Program-made: the position numbers and the translations under genes
Assembly: GCA_002269645.1 (NCBI GenBank)
Contig: NIVC01000672.1
Span: 1-64,000 of the forward strand
Length of the DNA stretch: 64,000 nt
Direction of reading: 5' to 3'
Source of the DNA: Macrostomum lignano
Lineage: Eukaryota
The notes under the pieces: model-generated
The model's input: only the letters and a program-made list of their open reading frames with translations
Databases searched by the model: none
What the model was told of the DNA's origin: nothing
Shown here: positions 12,780-25,200 of the stretch, in pieces
How positions within the stretch are numbered: position 1 is the stretch's first letter
Layout: every line of letters begins with the position of its first letter

Positions 12780-15700
12780 TTGCAAACATTTGAGTGTGCA
12801 TCAGGAGTGAGCTCAGCCCTTGAACTGTCTGATGGAGTCATTATTGCCAAGACTCTCCACACCATGTGAGTAGTGCTTGCATTGAATCCTATATTATAGC
12901 TTTGTCTCAGCTTTGCCACATGTCTTGACAATTTACAATGCTGAACTACCTCTGCAGCTCTTCAGACTGCTTCAGTGAAGACTGGCTGTCAAAAATTAAA
13001 CCGGACTCTGGCAGCAATTGGCGATTGAAGGTGAGTTGCCACTAGAGAGTTGTCCTTTTGCAAGCTTGCATTTTCACTCATAGAGCTATAATTCTCACTC
13101 ATAAACTTGCATTTTTTACTCATAAGCTTGTATTTTCACTCATAAGCCTGCATTTTCACTCATAAGCTTGAATTTTCACTCATAAAGCTATGATTCTCAC
13201 TCATAGACTTGCATTTTCACTCATAAAGCTTGCATTTTCACTCATAGACTTGCATTTTCACCCATAAAGCTTGCATTTTCACTCATAAGCTTGTATTTTC
13301 ATTCATAAGCTTGTATTGTCACTCATAAGCTTGGATTTTTACTCATAAGCTTGGATTTTTACTCATAAGCTTGGATTTTTACTCATAAGCTTGAATTTTG
13401 ACTCATAAGCTTGTGTTTTCACTCATAAGCCTGCATTTTCACTCATCGTAAGCTTGAATTTTCACTCATAAGCTTGTATTGTCACTCATAAGCTTGTATT
13501 GTCACTCATAAGCTTGTATTGTCACTCATAAGCTTGTATTGTCACTCATAAGCTTGTATTGTCACTCATAAGCTTGTATTGTCACTCATAAGCTTGTATT
13601 GTCACTTATAAGCTTGTATTGTCATTCATAAGACTTGGATTTTCACTCATGAGCTTGTATTTTCACTCATGAGCTTGTATTTTCACTCATAAGGCTTGGT
13701 TTTTCACTCATAAGATGGACTTTTGCATTGCCAAAGGAAGTAGCAAGATTTGGGGATTTGACATTTATCTGCTCTCAACTCTTACTTTTTTAGAATGTTT
13801 TGTTGAGTTAGGAATTGGTATTGATGCGGGCGGCCGCTTCGTTAGTACAATTGTGGTCTTGCTGCCAACAGATGGCATCAGGTGCCCATTGTTGACTCAA
13901 AAGCCGGGCACTGCGTGCAGCTTTAAAGCCTACTGTGAATGCTCTGCAAGATTCAATATTTACCTAAGACTTTTCCACTCTAATATTGGAGATGCAAATC
14001 CGGAAAAATGAAGACATTATGCTATGATGAAGGCTTTTATTTAAAGTGCAGTTTTATTTCAGTTCAAGCGTTTCAGTTAATGGCATTTATCTTAGGCTGG
14101 GAAACTCCCAGCAGTCTGAAACGATTCGAGTGGAATTCAGTGAACGGAACTCGGCTCAGTCGCATCCGATGTCTTCCTCCTTGCTGTTGCCGAGGGAGCG
14201 CTTGCCGTATCTGAGGGTAGAGAATTTGATGCGGCAATGGCATTCAGTGATTTTGTTGCTACAAATACTGTATTAGTACGGCCGCAGCCTCACCTGGGCC
14301 TGGCCAGTGTAGCGTAGTGACCATTGAGACTGCGCAGGTACTGTCTGAGTACTTCGGGATCGTCGAATAGCGGCGGCAGCAGGTCATCCATATCCGGCTG
14401 CTGATGCTGCAGCGCCTGCCGCTGCGGGCTGGCAGAGCCGAGCTGGCCGCTCGTCGTCAGGACGGCTACCGCCAGGAGGAGCGCCACCACTGCTGACTGC
14501 ATTGGACACCGAACTGCGGGGCTGGCTAGAGACTGAGATGGAGAGATCGAGACTCCTGCTGCTGATGGAGCAGGGTAGCTTCAGTTCTTGCTGATGAGTG
14601 GCTGGGGATCCCAGTGAGTTCGGCTATTTATCAGCTACAGGCGGGCTGCCTGTTTGAGACAGTCGAGGGTTCGAGTCGGCGTTGGCGCAGCTGCTGCCGT
14701 CAGCAGCCTGCCTTCAACTGCCAGATCCGCCCTGCAGCCCCCTGACGGGCAGTAAATTGGATTGGGGGGGGGGGCACGCTGCTGCTGCAAGCGTCCTGCA
14801 TGCCCCCCCCCCCCAAGGTGTCGTCAGCACCTGGAGCCGGTCTGGCCAGCTGGCTGAGAGGTGCTAATTATTGAGTCAAAGCCATTCTTTGTTAATCACA
14901 AATTTTCTGCATCGGAATTTTCCTAGCATCTGTTAGCACCTGGCGGTATTGTTAGATTTATATATTCATGGCTGGCAGAGATCAGTGCTCCGAAATTCAC
15001 CCGGCCCGTCTCCCAGGTGAGCAACCTGAAGAAGATTGTGAAGGCTGTCCGAGACTTCTACTCGGACTGCTTGGACATGCACATCAACGACTTCGAGACG
15101 CCGGACATCAACAGCATCGGGGAGAGCGCCTCGCCTGACGAGCTGGGCGCCCTGCTGCAGCTGGTGCTGGGCTGCGCGGTGTCCTGCGCGGACAAGGAGA
15201 AGTACATCCAGCTGATCATGGGCATGGAGGAGCAGTTCCAGCAGAGCATCATGCTGGCTATCAAAGATGTGAGTTGCTGTGGCAGTGCCAGTTTATCTGT
15301 AGTGCGCAGAGTGTGCTGATTGAGCAGTTCCAGCAGAGCATCATGCTGGCTATCAAAGATGTGAGTTGCTGTGGCATAGCCAGTTTATCTGAAGTGCGCA
15401 GAGTGTGCTGATTGAGCAGTTCCAGCAGAGCATCATGCTGGCTATCAAAGATGTGAGTTGCTGTGGCAGTGCCAGTTTATCTGTAGTGCGCAGAGTGCTG
15501 ATTGAGCAGTTCAAGCAGAGCATCATGCTGGCTATCAAAGATGTGAGTTGCTGTGGCAGTGCCAGTTTATCTGTAGTGTGCAGAGTGCTGATTGAGCAGT
15601 TCCAGCAGAGCATCATGCTGGCTATCAAAGATGTGAGTTGCTGTGGCAGTGCCAGTTTATCTGTAGTGCGCAGTGTGCTCAGTAAACTGGCCGAGATTCC

Positions 15701-18700
15701 TAGCTAGCGGGCCCAGGCACTGCATGCCAATCTCTAAGCTGCGGTGCAAAGCCGGTTTTTTCAAAGGCCCGCTGCTTATCTTGTTTTTGGTGTTTTCTTT
15801 TACACGCGCAATGCACTGTTTGAGCTGGCATGGATCTTAATTATTTTATTGTCATCTAAGATTTATTTTTTCAGTTAAATTTTGACTGCGTCTTTGTCCC
15901 AACTGCTGTGTGACAAAGACTGATTATCTCTGCTAACTTATTGATTCAGCAAAGTTTATTGTGACCTTCTTTTATAAGTGGAAATTTCCATTACTGAATC
16001 TGGCTCACCTGCCGCAGGACGCTCAGAGATTAGGGCTGGGGGGGGGGGCCGCGGCAGTTTCCAAGCGAGTGGCGCACCGAAAAACCGGCTGACAGATTCT
16101 AGCTGGGTCAAGCGCTTATCTGCGCTGCCAACCGGCGTATTTAGCCTTTAGACTTTGCCATTACGGCGCTGTGAGCTGATAAATAGGCCTCACTGTGGGC
16201 CCAACTCTGTTCTTCAATCTGCCGATCTCTGCTGGTTTCTGCTGGCCTCCGCTCTGTCCCGCTCTCATGACTGCCAGCTCTGCTGCTCGGGGCTCCGTGG
16301 AGCTGCTGAAGCTGCTCAACCAGCGGCCACCTTGAGAGAACTCGTGTCGCTTTAATAATGAGTGTCCGCATTGTTTTAACTATTAATGACCACTCTATTC
16401 TCCGTTGCTATGCCGCTGTAAGTTTGTTAGCGAGGTTTTGTTAGCGAGTTTTACTTAGCGAGTTTTTGGTAGCGAGTTTTACTTAGCGAGGTTTTGGTAG
16501 CGAGTTTTACTTAGCGAGGTTTTGTTAGCGAGTTTTACTTAGCGAGTTTTTGGTAGCGAGTTTTACTTAGCGAGGTTTTGGTAGCGAGTTTTACTTAGCG
16601 AGTTTTTCCTAGCGAGTTTTATCTGTTTTTGTAGCGTCCGCACGACCCGAATTTCCGGCGGTCTGCCGCCTCCTTTTGGGAGCGTCACGTGACCGACCCG
16701 GACCAGACAGCGTGCCAGACTGGCTAAGCGCTGCCGCCTCGGCGACTCACTCGTTCCTTTGTTATAGAATGAAATGAAGTCGCTCTATTGCGGGTGCCTC
16801 TTGGCGTCCCCGAGGCGGCTACAGTGACCTTTATTGTACTGTTTGAATAAACCAAGCCGGTGGTAGTCATAGCTTATTAAATCGCCCGTGTTATCTTTGG
16901 CACGACCCGAATTTCCGACCAGTCTGGCGCCACAATTAACTGGTGCGTCACGTGACCGGCCCGGACCAGACAGCGTGCCAGATTATGGTGAATGGATAAC
17001 TATTGTTAGCAATGGTTATCTCTGCCTGAGTCCTGAGGTGCGAATTCCACCTGCTGGCTATTCAGCTTTGCCTATATAAGCTGAGCTGGCTTGATGACTT
17101 GGCTACATTGCTCTTTGTTTATCAGCTGTATCTTCAATTATATCTGACAGTCCGGAGACTAATGGCCTCCATTTATCCAATTTTCAGCTCATGGACCGGC
17201 CCAGGGCGGAGAGCGATGTTGATGAAAAGGTGAGCCGCTTGTGTTGTCTGGATCGATTGCGGGAACGGCAGTACAGATACCTCAGCTTATTTCAATTCAA
17301 TATGTGTCCTATGGGGTTGCAGTGGACACACTGTCTCAGGGGTCACTTTGTGTCTTAGGAGGGTCGCAGTGGACAAATTTTGTCTTAGTGGGGTCTCAGT
17401 GGACACACTTTGTGTCTTACTCTTAGGAGTCGCAGTAGACACTGTGTCTTAGGGTGTCGCAGTGGATACACTGTGTCTTAGGGGGTAAATAGGCCTCCCC
17501 CTGATGAAAAGTTGGTGGACACACTTTGTGTCTTAGGAGGGTCACAGTGGACACACTTTGTGTCTTATTGGGGGTCGCAGTGGACACATGGTGTGTCTTA
17601 TCCTGAGCCGCACAGGCCCAATACCAGGCATTCCCAACCCCCAACTGCAGCTGAAGAAGGCCCTGGAGGACTGCTACAGCGCCGTGCAGGCCAAGGAGGA
17701 GATGTCCCAGCGCTGTCACGAGCTGGACTACCAGGTGTCCGCCCTGCAGGAGGAGCGGACATCCCTGCAGGCCGAGGTGGAGCGCCTCACCCGCCGAGTG
17801 GAGTCGCTGGAGTCGGCGCAGAAAGCGGAGAGCGGCGCCGCCTACAGGACGCGGGCGCTGGAGGAGCAGGTGGAGCTGATGCAGGAGGAGCTGTGCCGCC
17901 TGGAGGCGCAGCGGCAGGAGGCCAAGGCCCGGGCCGACCAGCTGGAGCGGGAGAAGGAGGACCTCCTGCGGCAGAGCGGCAATCTCGCGGCGCTTCGCGA
18001 CGAGCTCGACGTGCTAAGAGAGCGCCAGGCCACCTTAGCCAAGACTGAGGCCGCCTTGGAGCAGATGCGGCGCAAGGTGATGACTCACTCAGGCCGGGGC
18101 GGGGTCGGATGTCTCGTCTCTGCCTGCATTATTTATGCAAGTGGCTCCGGCGTAGAGGGGGGATGAGGTGAAGAGAGAAGGTTCTTGATATGAAAGAGAT
18201 TTGGGTTAGGGGGCTGAACGCTTGTCTGTTTTATTACTCAGCAAATAATTCAGAGTGAGAGAGAGAGTTCTTTTCCTACTCGCAAGCCCGTTCAAGCTAC
18301 TGTTAGTAGAGCATAAAACAAATATGCATTTTATTAACTTAATCTGGAACTCCCTTAGGCCGAGGACGCCAGCGAGTTGCGCAGCCAGCTGAAGCTGCTT
18401 CAACAGCAAGGCGAGGAGAGCCTCCGCCGCCGGCTCGAGCTGGAGGAGGAGAATGAGCGCCTGCTGGACAGCCGGCGATTGGCCGAGTCGCTGCGCGAGC
18501 AGCTGGCCGCCTGCCAGGCCGAGCTCAGCGAGGAGCGGAAGCGAGCCGAGCGGGCCGCACTGGATCTGGCGCATCACGTGAGCAGAGCGGAGACCCTGGA
18601 GCCGGAGCTGGAGAAGCTGCGCATCGAGCGCGACAGCCTGCGCGAGGCCAACGAAGACTTGGAGATGCAGGTTAGCGGCGTGGTTTGCAAATCTACGTTG

Positions 18701-20772
18701 AATTTCTTGACTCTAAGACCTGCCTTCTCAGATCTATAGACTCCAACACCTGCCTTCCCAGATCTATAGACTCCAACACCTGCCTTCTCAGATCTATAGA
18801 CTCCAACACCTGCCTTCTCAGATCTATAGACTCCAACACCTGCCTTCTCAGATCTATAGACTCCAACACCTGCCTTCCCAGATCTATAGACTCCAACACC
18901 TGCCTTCCCAGATCTATAGACTCCAACACCTGCCTTCCCCGATCTATAGACTCCAACACCTGCCTTCCCAGATCTATAGACTCCAACACCTGCCTTCCCC
19001 GATCTATAGACTCCAACACCTGCCTTCCCAGATCTATAGACTCGATCTATAAATTAATACACCGCCAATCCAGATCAATATATTCCACCATCAGCTTACA
19101 TCAGCTCAGGATCTACATGTATAGATTCGAACACCCTCACCAAGTCCATAGATTCTAACAACTCAATCCAGCTAAAAGTACATTCGTTATCCAAACCCCC
19201 GCAGGTGAAGCTGCAGGCGGACCCCAGCGGCAAGTCGCTGGCCCTGGAGGACGATGAGCCGGAGTTCCTCGGCCTGCCGTTGCGCGTCAAGGAGAAACTG
19301 CTGCGGTTGGAGCGGGACAACCGGCGGTTGAAGGAGAGCCAGGAGAGCAGCGAAGCTGGCGGCAACGTCGTGCAGGACCTGCGGAGACAGGTTCGTATCC
19401 GGGAATGCTGCAGGGGTGTGTGATAGGATATTGTAACTGAGTGGGTGATTGTGTGACTGAGAGTGTGATTGTGTGACTGAGAGTGTAATTGTGTGACTGA
19501 GTGGGTGATTATGTGACTGAATGGGTGATTGTGTGACTGAGTGGGTGATTGCGTGACTGAGTGGGTGATTGTGTGCCTGAGTGGGTGATTGTGTGATTGA
19601 GTGGCTGATTGTGTGACTGAGTGGGTGATTGTGTGACTGAGTGGATAATTGTGTGATTGAGTGGGTGATTGTGTGACTAAGTGGGTGATTGTGTGACTGA
19701 GTGGGTGATTGTGTGACTGAGTGGGTGATTGTGTTTTTGAGTGGGTGATTGTGTTTTTGAGTGGGTGATTGTGTGACTAAGTGGGTGATTGTGTGACTGA
19801 GTGGGTGATTGTGTGACTGAGTGGGTGATTGTGTGACTGAGTGTGTGATTGTGTGACTGAGAGTGTGATTGTGTGACTGAGTGGGTGATTGTGTGACTGA
19901 GTGGGTGATTGTGTGACTGAGTGGGTGATTGTGTGACTGAGTGGGTGATTGTGTGACTGAGTGGGTGACTATGTGACTGAGTGGGTGATTGTGTGACTGA
20001 GTGGGTGATTGTGTGACTAAGTGGCTGATTGCGTGACTGAGTGAGTGATTGTACGACTGAGATTGTGATTGTGTGACTGAGTGGCTGATTGTGTGACTGA
20101 GTGTGTGATTGTGTGACTGAGAGTGTGATTGTGTGACTGAGTGGGTGATTGCGTGACTGAGTGGCTTATTGTCCAACGGTCGCGCCGCTCTCCCACCGGC
20201 AGGTTTCGGATCAGCTAACGGCCCGCGGGCAGCTGGAGGCGGAGCTGCAGCGGCAGCGGCAGCGCATGTTGGAGCTGGAGGACCGGGCAAAGTCGGGCGC
20301 GGCCCGAGTGAAAGAGCTGTCGGAGCAGCTGGCCAGGCGGGAGGAGGAGGCGCGCGGGGCCGAGGAGCGCTACAAGCGCTACCTGGAGCGCGCCAAATCC
20401 GTGATCAGGGCGCTGGACACGCGCGCCACCAGCCACGGCTTGAACGAGACTGAGGAACTCGGCGCCCTGAAACAGCAGCTGGTGGAGAAGGACCGCGTCA
20501 TCGAGCAGCTGGAGCGGGCCCAGGAAAAGTCGCAGAAATGCCGCGAGATGGAGGACCGCCTGATGGTGTCTGCCTGGTACAGCCTGGGCATGCAACTCAA
20601 CCAGGGCGTGGCCGGCGAGTACGACCTGCCCGGCGGCGGCGGCGGCAGCCCCGGCCAGACCTTCCTGCAGCGCCAGCGCATGGCGCACCTGCAGCGCCCG
20701 GGGCCGCAGGGAGCCGCCGGGCCTGGCGGAGGTGCTGCCGCGGCCGCTGGCTCGGTGGCGGACCGGGACTGA
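12780..20772 (+). CDS. HOOK: Hook microtubule-tethering / dynein adaptor protein (first coding exon not located)
   Basis: GT-AG exons 12780-12865, 12958-13030, 15017-15268, 17188-17229, 17651-18076, 18359-18670, 19205-19390, 20203-20772 (1947 nt, in frame). Motifs: LQTF...ELSDGV, WLSKIK...NWRLKVSNLKKI, LLQLVLGCAVSC, long coiled coil, C-terminal EDRLMVSAWYSLG...QTFLQRQR. Confidence 0.92.
13070..13715. repeat. About 20-bp minisatellite (ACTCATAAGCTTGTATTKTC) in a HOOK intron
   Basis: Around 30 degenerate tandem copies, most with a HindIII site. Confidence 0.95.
14156..14502 (-). CDS. npy: Neuropeptide Y/F-family precursor (87 aa), nested antisense in a HOOK intron
   Basis: Exon 14502-14294, 83-nt phase-2 GT-AG intron inside the last Arg codon (AG|gtgag...cctcag|A), exon 14210-14156. 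Signal peptide MQSAVVALLLAVAVLTTSG; mature ...LRQYLRSLNGHYATLARPRY followed by GKR; AATAAA at 14053-14058 (minus strand). Confidence 0.93.
15230..15680 (+). repeat. Five tandem 90-92 bp copies of the HOOK exon end plus 5' splice site
   Basis: Units start at 15230, 15322, 15414, 15504 and 15594; each contains GAGCAGTTCCAGCAGAGCATCATGCTGGCTATCAAAGAT|GTGAGT. Confidence 0.95.
16425..16620. repeat. About 14-bp minisatellite (TAGCGAGTTTTACT)
   Basis: Tandem TAGCGAG(G)TTTT variants. Confidence 0.85.
17310..17600. repeat. Degenerate about 30-bp minisatellite (GTGGACACACTTTGTGTCTTAGGGGGTCGCA)
   Basis: Repeated GTGGACACAC...GTGTCTT units in a HOOK intron. Confidence 0.75.
18721..19042. repeat. 30-bp minisatellite (TGCCTTCYCAGATCTATAGACTCCAACACC), about 10.5 copies
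   Basis: Near-perfect tandem units visible in register in the 60-column listing. Confidence 0.97.
19437..20162. repeat. 20-bp minisatellite (GAGTGGGTGATTGTGTGACT), about 36 copies
   Basis: Fills almost the whole last HOOK intron. Confidence 0.97.
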
Positions 20773-21139
20773 TCGATAATCTCCTTTACTCCACAACTCC
20801 ACGGTCTCAGATAAGCTGCGACAATTGTAAATTACGCCGGAGTGCTCAGGATTTATCCGAGTTATTTGAATTCACGCTGCGTTTCTCTGTGCGTTCTTTT
20901 TGCACAGAACATTCGCTTGTCTTAGCAAGATTTGCTTCTAATAGCAGCGTTCTCTGGGTGATTCACAGCCCTGGCTGTTCGGAGGGAGTCCACCTGCTGT
21001 ACACATCCCGGCCTCTACTGGGCGCTTATTGTTTTTCAAACACATCTCTTGTGCTTATAATTGCTCGTTCTCTTCTGAATTGTCTTTTATAATCAGCGGT
21101 TTTAATCAGGCATTGGGAATTGTTATTGCTGCCGTCACT

Positions 21140-21495
21140 AATCTGTCTGTCTGTCTGCCCCTGTCTGCCTGTCTGTCTGTCTGTCTGTCTGCCTGTGCCT
21201 GTCTGCCTCTGTCTGCCTGTGCCTGTCTGTCTGTCTGCCTGTGTCTGTCTGCCTCTGTCTGCCTGTGTCTGCCTGTCTGTCTGTCTGCCTCTGTCTGCCT
21301 GTGTCTGTCTGCCTCTGTCTGCCTGTGCCTGTCTGTCTGTCTGCCTGTGTCTGTCTGTCTGTCTGCCTGTGTCTGTCTGCCTGTGTCTGCCTGTCTGTCT
21401 GTCTGCCTCTGTCTGCCTGTGTCTGTCTGCCTCTGTCTGCCTAGGTCTGTCTGCCTGTGTCTGTCTGCCTGTGTGTCTGTCTGTCTGTCTGTCCG
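21140..21495. repeat. TCTG/GCCTGT compound microsatellite
   Basis: Mixed TCTG and TCTGCCTGTG runs. Confidence 0.93.
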
Positions 21496-21939
21496 CCTGC
21501 TCTCCCCACTCTACACACTATAAATAGCTTGATACAGCGAGAGAATTTCTCCAACCCCTCAACCTCAACTCGTTGCCAAGCAAGAATTTTTCGCTCTCAT
21601 GTGCGGGTTTTGTTCCGTTATTTTGTCTCTGCGACAGACCTGCCCGCCGTGCGGTGGCCAGCTGCTTTGCCCAGTTGTACACGAGCCCCCGGGTGCTCGG
21701 CTGCCTGCCTGAGCACACAGAACAATCACTCTTGGCCTCTGCTGTCAGATGGCGACTCAACTGTGCTCTAATTCTCTTTTTTTGTTTTTTTATTAACAAA
21801 ATTTTCAATTGCTAACAAAGAGTTGCTTTGCTCTCCATTTTAATATTTGGATCTTTGTCACCATGTGATCACTGTTTTTAATATTGCTTCAGATTGTAAA
21901 ACTTTGGCTTGTTGTGTCTATTTTTTTATATCGAGGGTT

Positions 21940-22165
21940 TTAGATCTAGGGACACCCAATCCAGTAGATCTAGGGACACCCAATCCAGTAAATCTAGGGA
22001 CACCCAATCCAGTAGATCTAGGAACACCCAATCCAGTAGATCTAGGGACACCCAATCCAGTAAATCTAGGGACACCCAATCGTCCAGTAGATCTAGGAAC
22101 ACCCAATCCAGTAGATCTAAGGACACAAATCCAGTAGATCTAAGGACGCAAATCCAGTAGATCTA
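21940..22165. repeat. 24-bp minisatellite (CCAGTAGATCTAGGGACACCCAAT)
   Basis: About 9 tandem copies just upstream of P5CS copy 1. Confidence 0.93.
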
Positions 22166-22217
22166 GAGACAGTCAATCGCTGTAGATTTATAGGATATTA
22201 GTTTTGAGCCAAATTAA

Positions 22218-22225
22218 TGACGTCA
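22218..22225. promoter_or_regulatory. Perfect CRE/ATF palindrome TGACGTCA upstream of P5CS copy 1
   Basis: Exact motif 34 nt before the ATG at 22259; function untested. Confidence 0.3.
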
Positions 22226-22258
22226 CCCGCCTGCCCTCAGCCTTATTCCCAAGCCAAG

Positions 22259-25200
22259 ATGCTGGCCCAACTGCGGATGCCCGCCCTGACCCGTCAGGCC
22301 GCCGGCCTGGCCAAGCAGTGCCGCTTGCGCCACTCGCTATCCGGCCGCTCGCCCATCGCCGCCTACTCAGCCGTGCCGGGCTCGCCTGCCGCCGACCCCA
22401 AGACTCGGCAGGACTTAAAATACGCGGAGAACGTGGTGGTGAAGCTGGGCAGCGCCGTCATCACCCGCGCCGATGAGTGCGGACTGGCGCTGGGCCGCCT
22501 CGCCTCCATTGTGGAGCAGATCTCCGACATGTGCCTGCAGGTGAGCACCGGTGTTAGTGCTTGCTGCTAGCTGTGACTCCCAGGCGGTGTACACCCTCCC
22601 AGCCATCAGCTGCAGTGCACACCCTCCCAGCCATCAGCTGTGAACATCCTCTCAGTCATCAAGTGTGTACATCTAGTCATCAGCTGTGTACACCCTCCCA
22701 GCCATCAGCTGTGTACACCCTCCCAGCCATCAGCTGTGTACACCCTCCCAGCCATCAGCTGTGTACACCCTCCCAGCCATCGGGTGTGTACACCCTCCCA
22801 GCCATCAGCTGTGCACACCCTCCCAGCCATCAGCTGTGTACACCCTCCCAGCCATCGGGTGTGTACACCCTCCCAGCCATCAGCTGTGTACACCCTCCCA
22901 GCCATCGGGTGTGTACATCCTCTCAGTCATCAACTGTGTACATCTAGTCATCAGCTGTGTACACCCTCCCAGCAATCAGCTGTGTACACCCTCTCAATAA
23001 AGAGTGCGCTTTCATTATTCATAAAACTGAGTTTATTAACATGCAGGGAAAGCACTGCGTGCTGGTCACCAGCGGCGCGGTGGCCTTCGGCAAGCAGAAG
23101 CTCCGCCAGCAGCAGATGATGAGCATGAGCATCGGCGAGACGCTTTCAGCCGACGTGAACTCGCGCCGGAAGGCCTTTCAAAGCCAGATCGACCCCAGGG
23201 CCTGCGCCGCCACCGGCATGTCCGGCCTCATGGCGCTGTACGAAGCGCTGTTCATGCAGTACGGCATCCAGACCGCCGAGATCCTGCTCACCAAGCCCGA
23301 CTTCGAGGACGCCAACTCGCGGGCCAACCTGCGGAGCACCCTGGCTGAGCTGCTGCAGCTGAACATTGTCCCCATTGTCAACACCAACGACGCGGTGGCG
23401 CCGCCGCCCAGACACGACTCCGATATGCAGGGCGTGCTGAGGATCCAGGACAACGACTCGCTGGCAGCCCGGCTGGCTGTTGAAGTCAACGCAGAATTGC
23501 TGATCATCATGAGCGACGTCAAGGTGAGTCTCGGTGTCCAGGCCGAACATGGCTGGTCTCAGATTCAGATTTTGTTTTTTTCGCTTTCATTTTCACCTTG
23601 CCGTTATCCGCCGATCCGGCAGGGCCTGTACACTTCGCCGCCAGACCGCGAGGACTCCCGCCTGCTGCACACCTTCAATCCGGACTTTGACAGCGCCATG
23701 CTGCAGTTCGGCAGCAAATCCAGCGTAGGCACGGGCGGCATGGAGTCCAAGGTCAAGGCCGCCCAGTGGGCCGTCCGCAAGGGCACCTCCGTGGTCATCT
23801 GCGAGGGCACGGCCGCCAACGTCATCCCCAGCGTGCTGAATGGCAAGAAGGTCGGAACCTTCTTCACTCTGGCGCCACCCGAGGGCGTCGGCGTGGAGCA
23901 GCAGGCGTGGGAGGCGCGGTCTGCCAGCCAGCAGCTGCAGGCCATGCCAGCCAACGACCGCGCCAGCGTCATCAGGAAGCTGGCCGACCTGCTGGTGAGC
24001 CTTGAATATTCTCCTTGTGAAAGTGAATGCTTTTGGCGACACGTGAAATTAAAGAACCTCTCAGAGCCCTGCATACAGACTGGCTGACCAGACGCCCCGC
24101 TCTCATCACGCAGATCGAGCGCCAGGCGGACATCCTGCTGGCCAACAGCCTGGACCTTGGCAACGCCACTGGCCTCAGCCCGCACCTGCTGGCCAGGCTG
24201 AAGCTCACGCCTGAGAAGCTGCAGGTGCTGGCCGACGGGCTGCGGCAGATCGCCGACTCCTGCCCCGGCCTGCTGGGCCGCGTGCTGCGCCGCACCAAAC
24301 TGGCCGAGGGCCTCAAGCTGGAGCAGGTGACCGTGCCGATCGGAGTGCTGCTGGTCATCTTCGAGTCCAGGCCCGACTGCCTGCCGCAGGTAGCCATTTT
24401 TACAGCTTAACTACTTTGATCTGTTTTAAGTTTAAGTATTCCGTGTCTCTGCGGCCACAATATCACCTGAATCACTGTAATCACCTGTAATTACCTACAA
24501 GCACTGTATTAGCCGGAAATCATCTGTCAGCACTGTAATCACCTGTAATAATCGGTAATAATCTGTAATCACTTGTAATCATCTGTAATCATCTGTAATC
24601 ACATGTAATCATCTGTAATCACCTGTAATCATCTGTAATCACCTGTAATCATCTGTAATCACCTGTAATCATCTGTAATAACCTGTAATCATCTGTAACC
24701 ATCTGTAATCACCTGTAATCATCTGTAATCACCTGTAATCATCTGTAATAATCTGTAATCACCTGTAATAATCTTTAATAATCTGTAATCACCTGTAATC
24801 ATCTGTAATAACCTGCAATCACCTGTAATCATCTGTAACCATCTGTAATCACCTGTAATCATCTGTAATCACCTGTAATCATCTGTAAATACCTGCAATC
24901 ATCTGTAATCACCTGTAATCATCTGTAATAACCTGTAATCACCTGTAATCATCTGTAATCACCTGTAATCGTCTGTAATCGTCTGTAATAATCTGTAACC
25001 ATCTGTAACCATCTATAATCACCTGCAATCACCGCCCCCCCCTAGGTGGCCGCCCTCAGTATCGCCAGCGGCAACGGCCTGCTGCTCAAGGGCGGCAGCG
25101 AGGCCCACCAGACGAACGGCGCCCTGCACCGCCTGGTGGAGGAGGCTGTCCGCGCCCACGGCCTGAGCCCCCGCCTGGTCGGGCTGGTGGGCGGCCGGGA

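Noticed and set aside
15230-15680. Regular 90-92 bp, 30-bp (18721) and 32-bp (26470) repeats as CRISPR arrays
   Set aside because: Units are contiguous with no unique spacers, there are no cas genes, and the context is spliceosomal introns.
19187-20290. Long low-complexity ORFs (also 4540-4835, 18685-19158, 21029-21527, 22561-23119, 26708-27365, 54012-54470)
   Set aside because: Translations of micro- and minisatellites, mostly inside introns.
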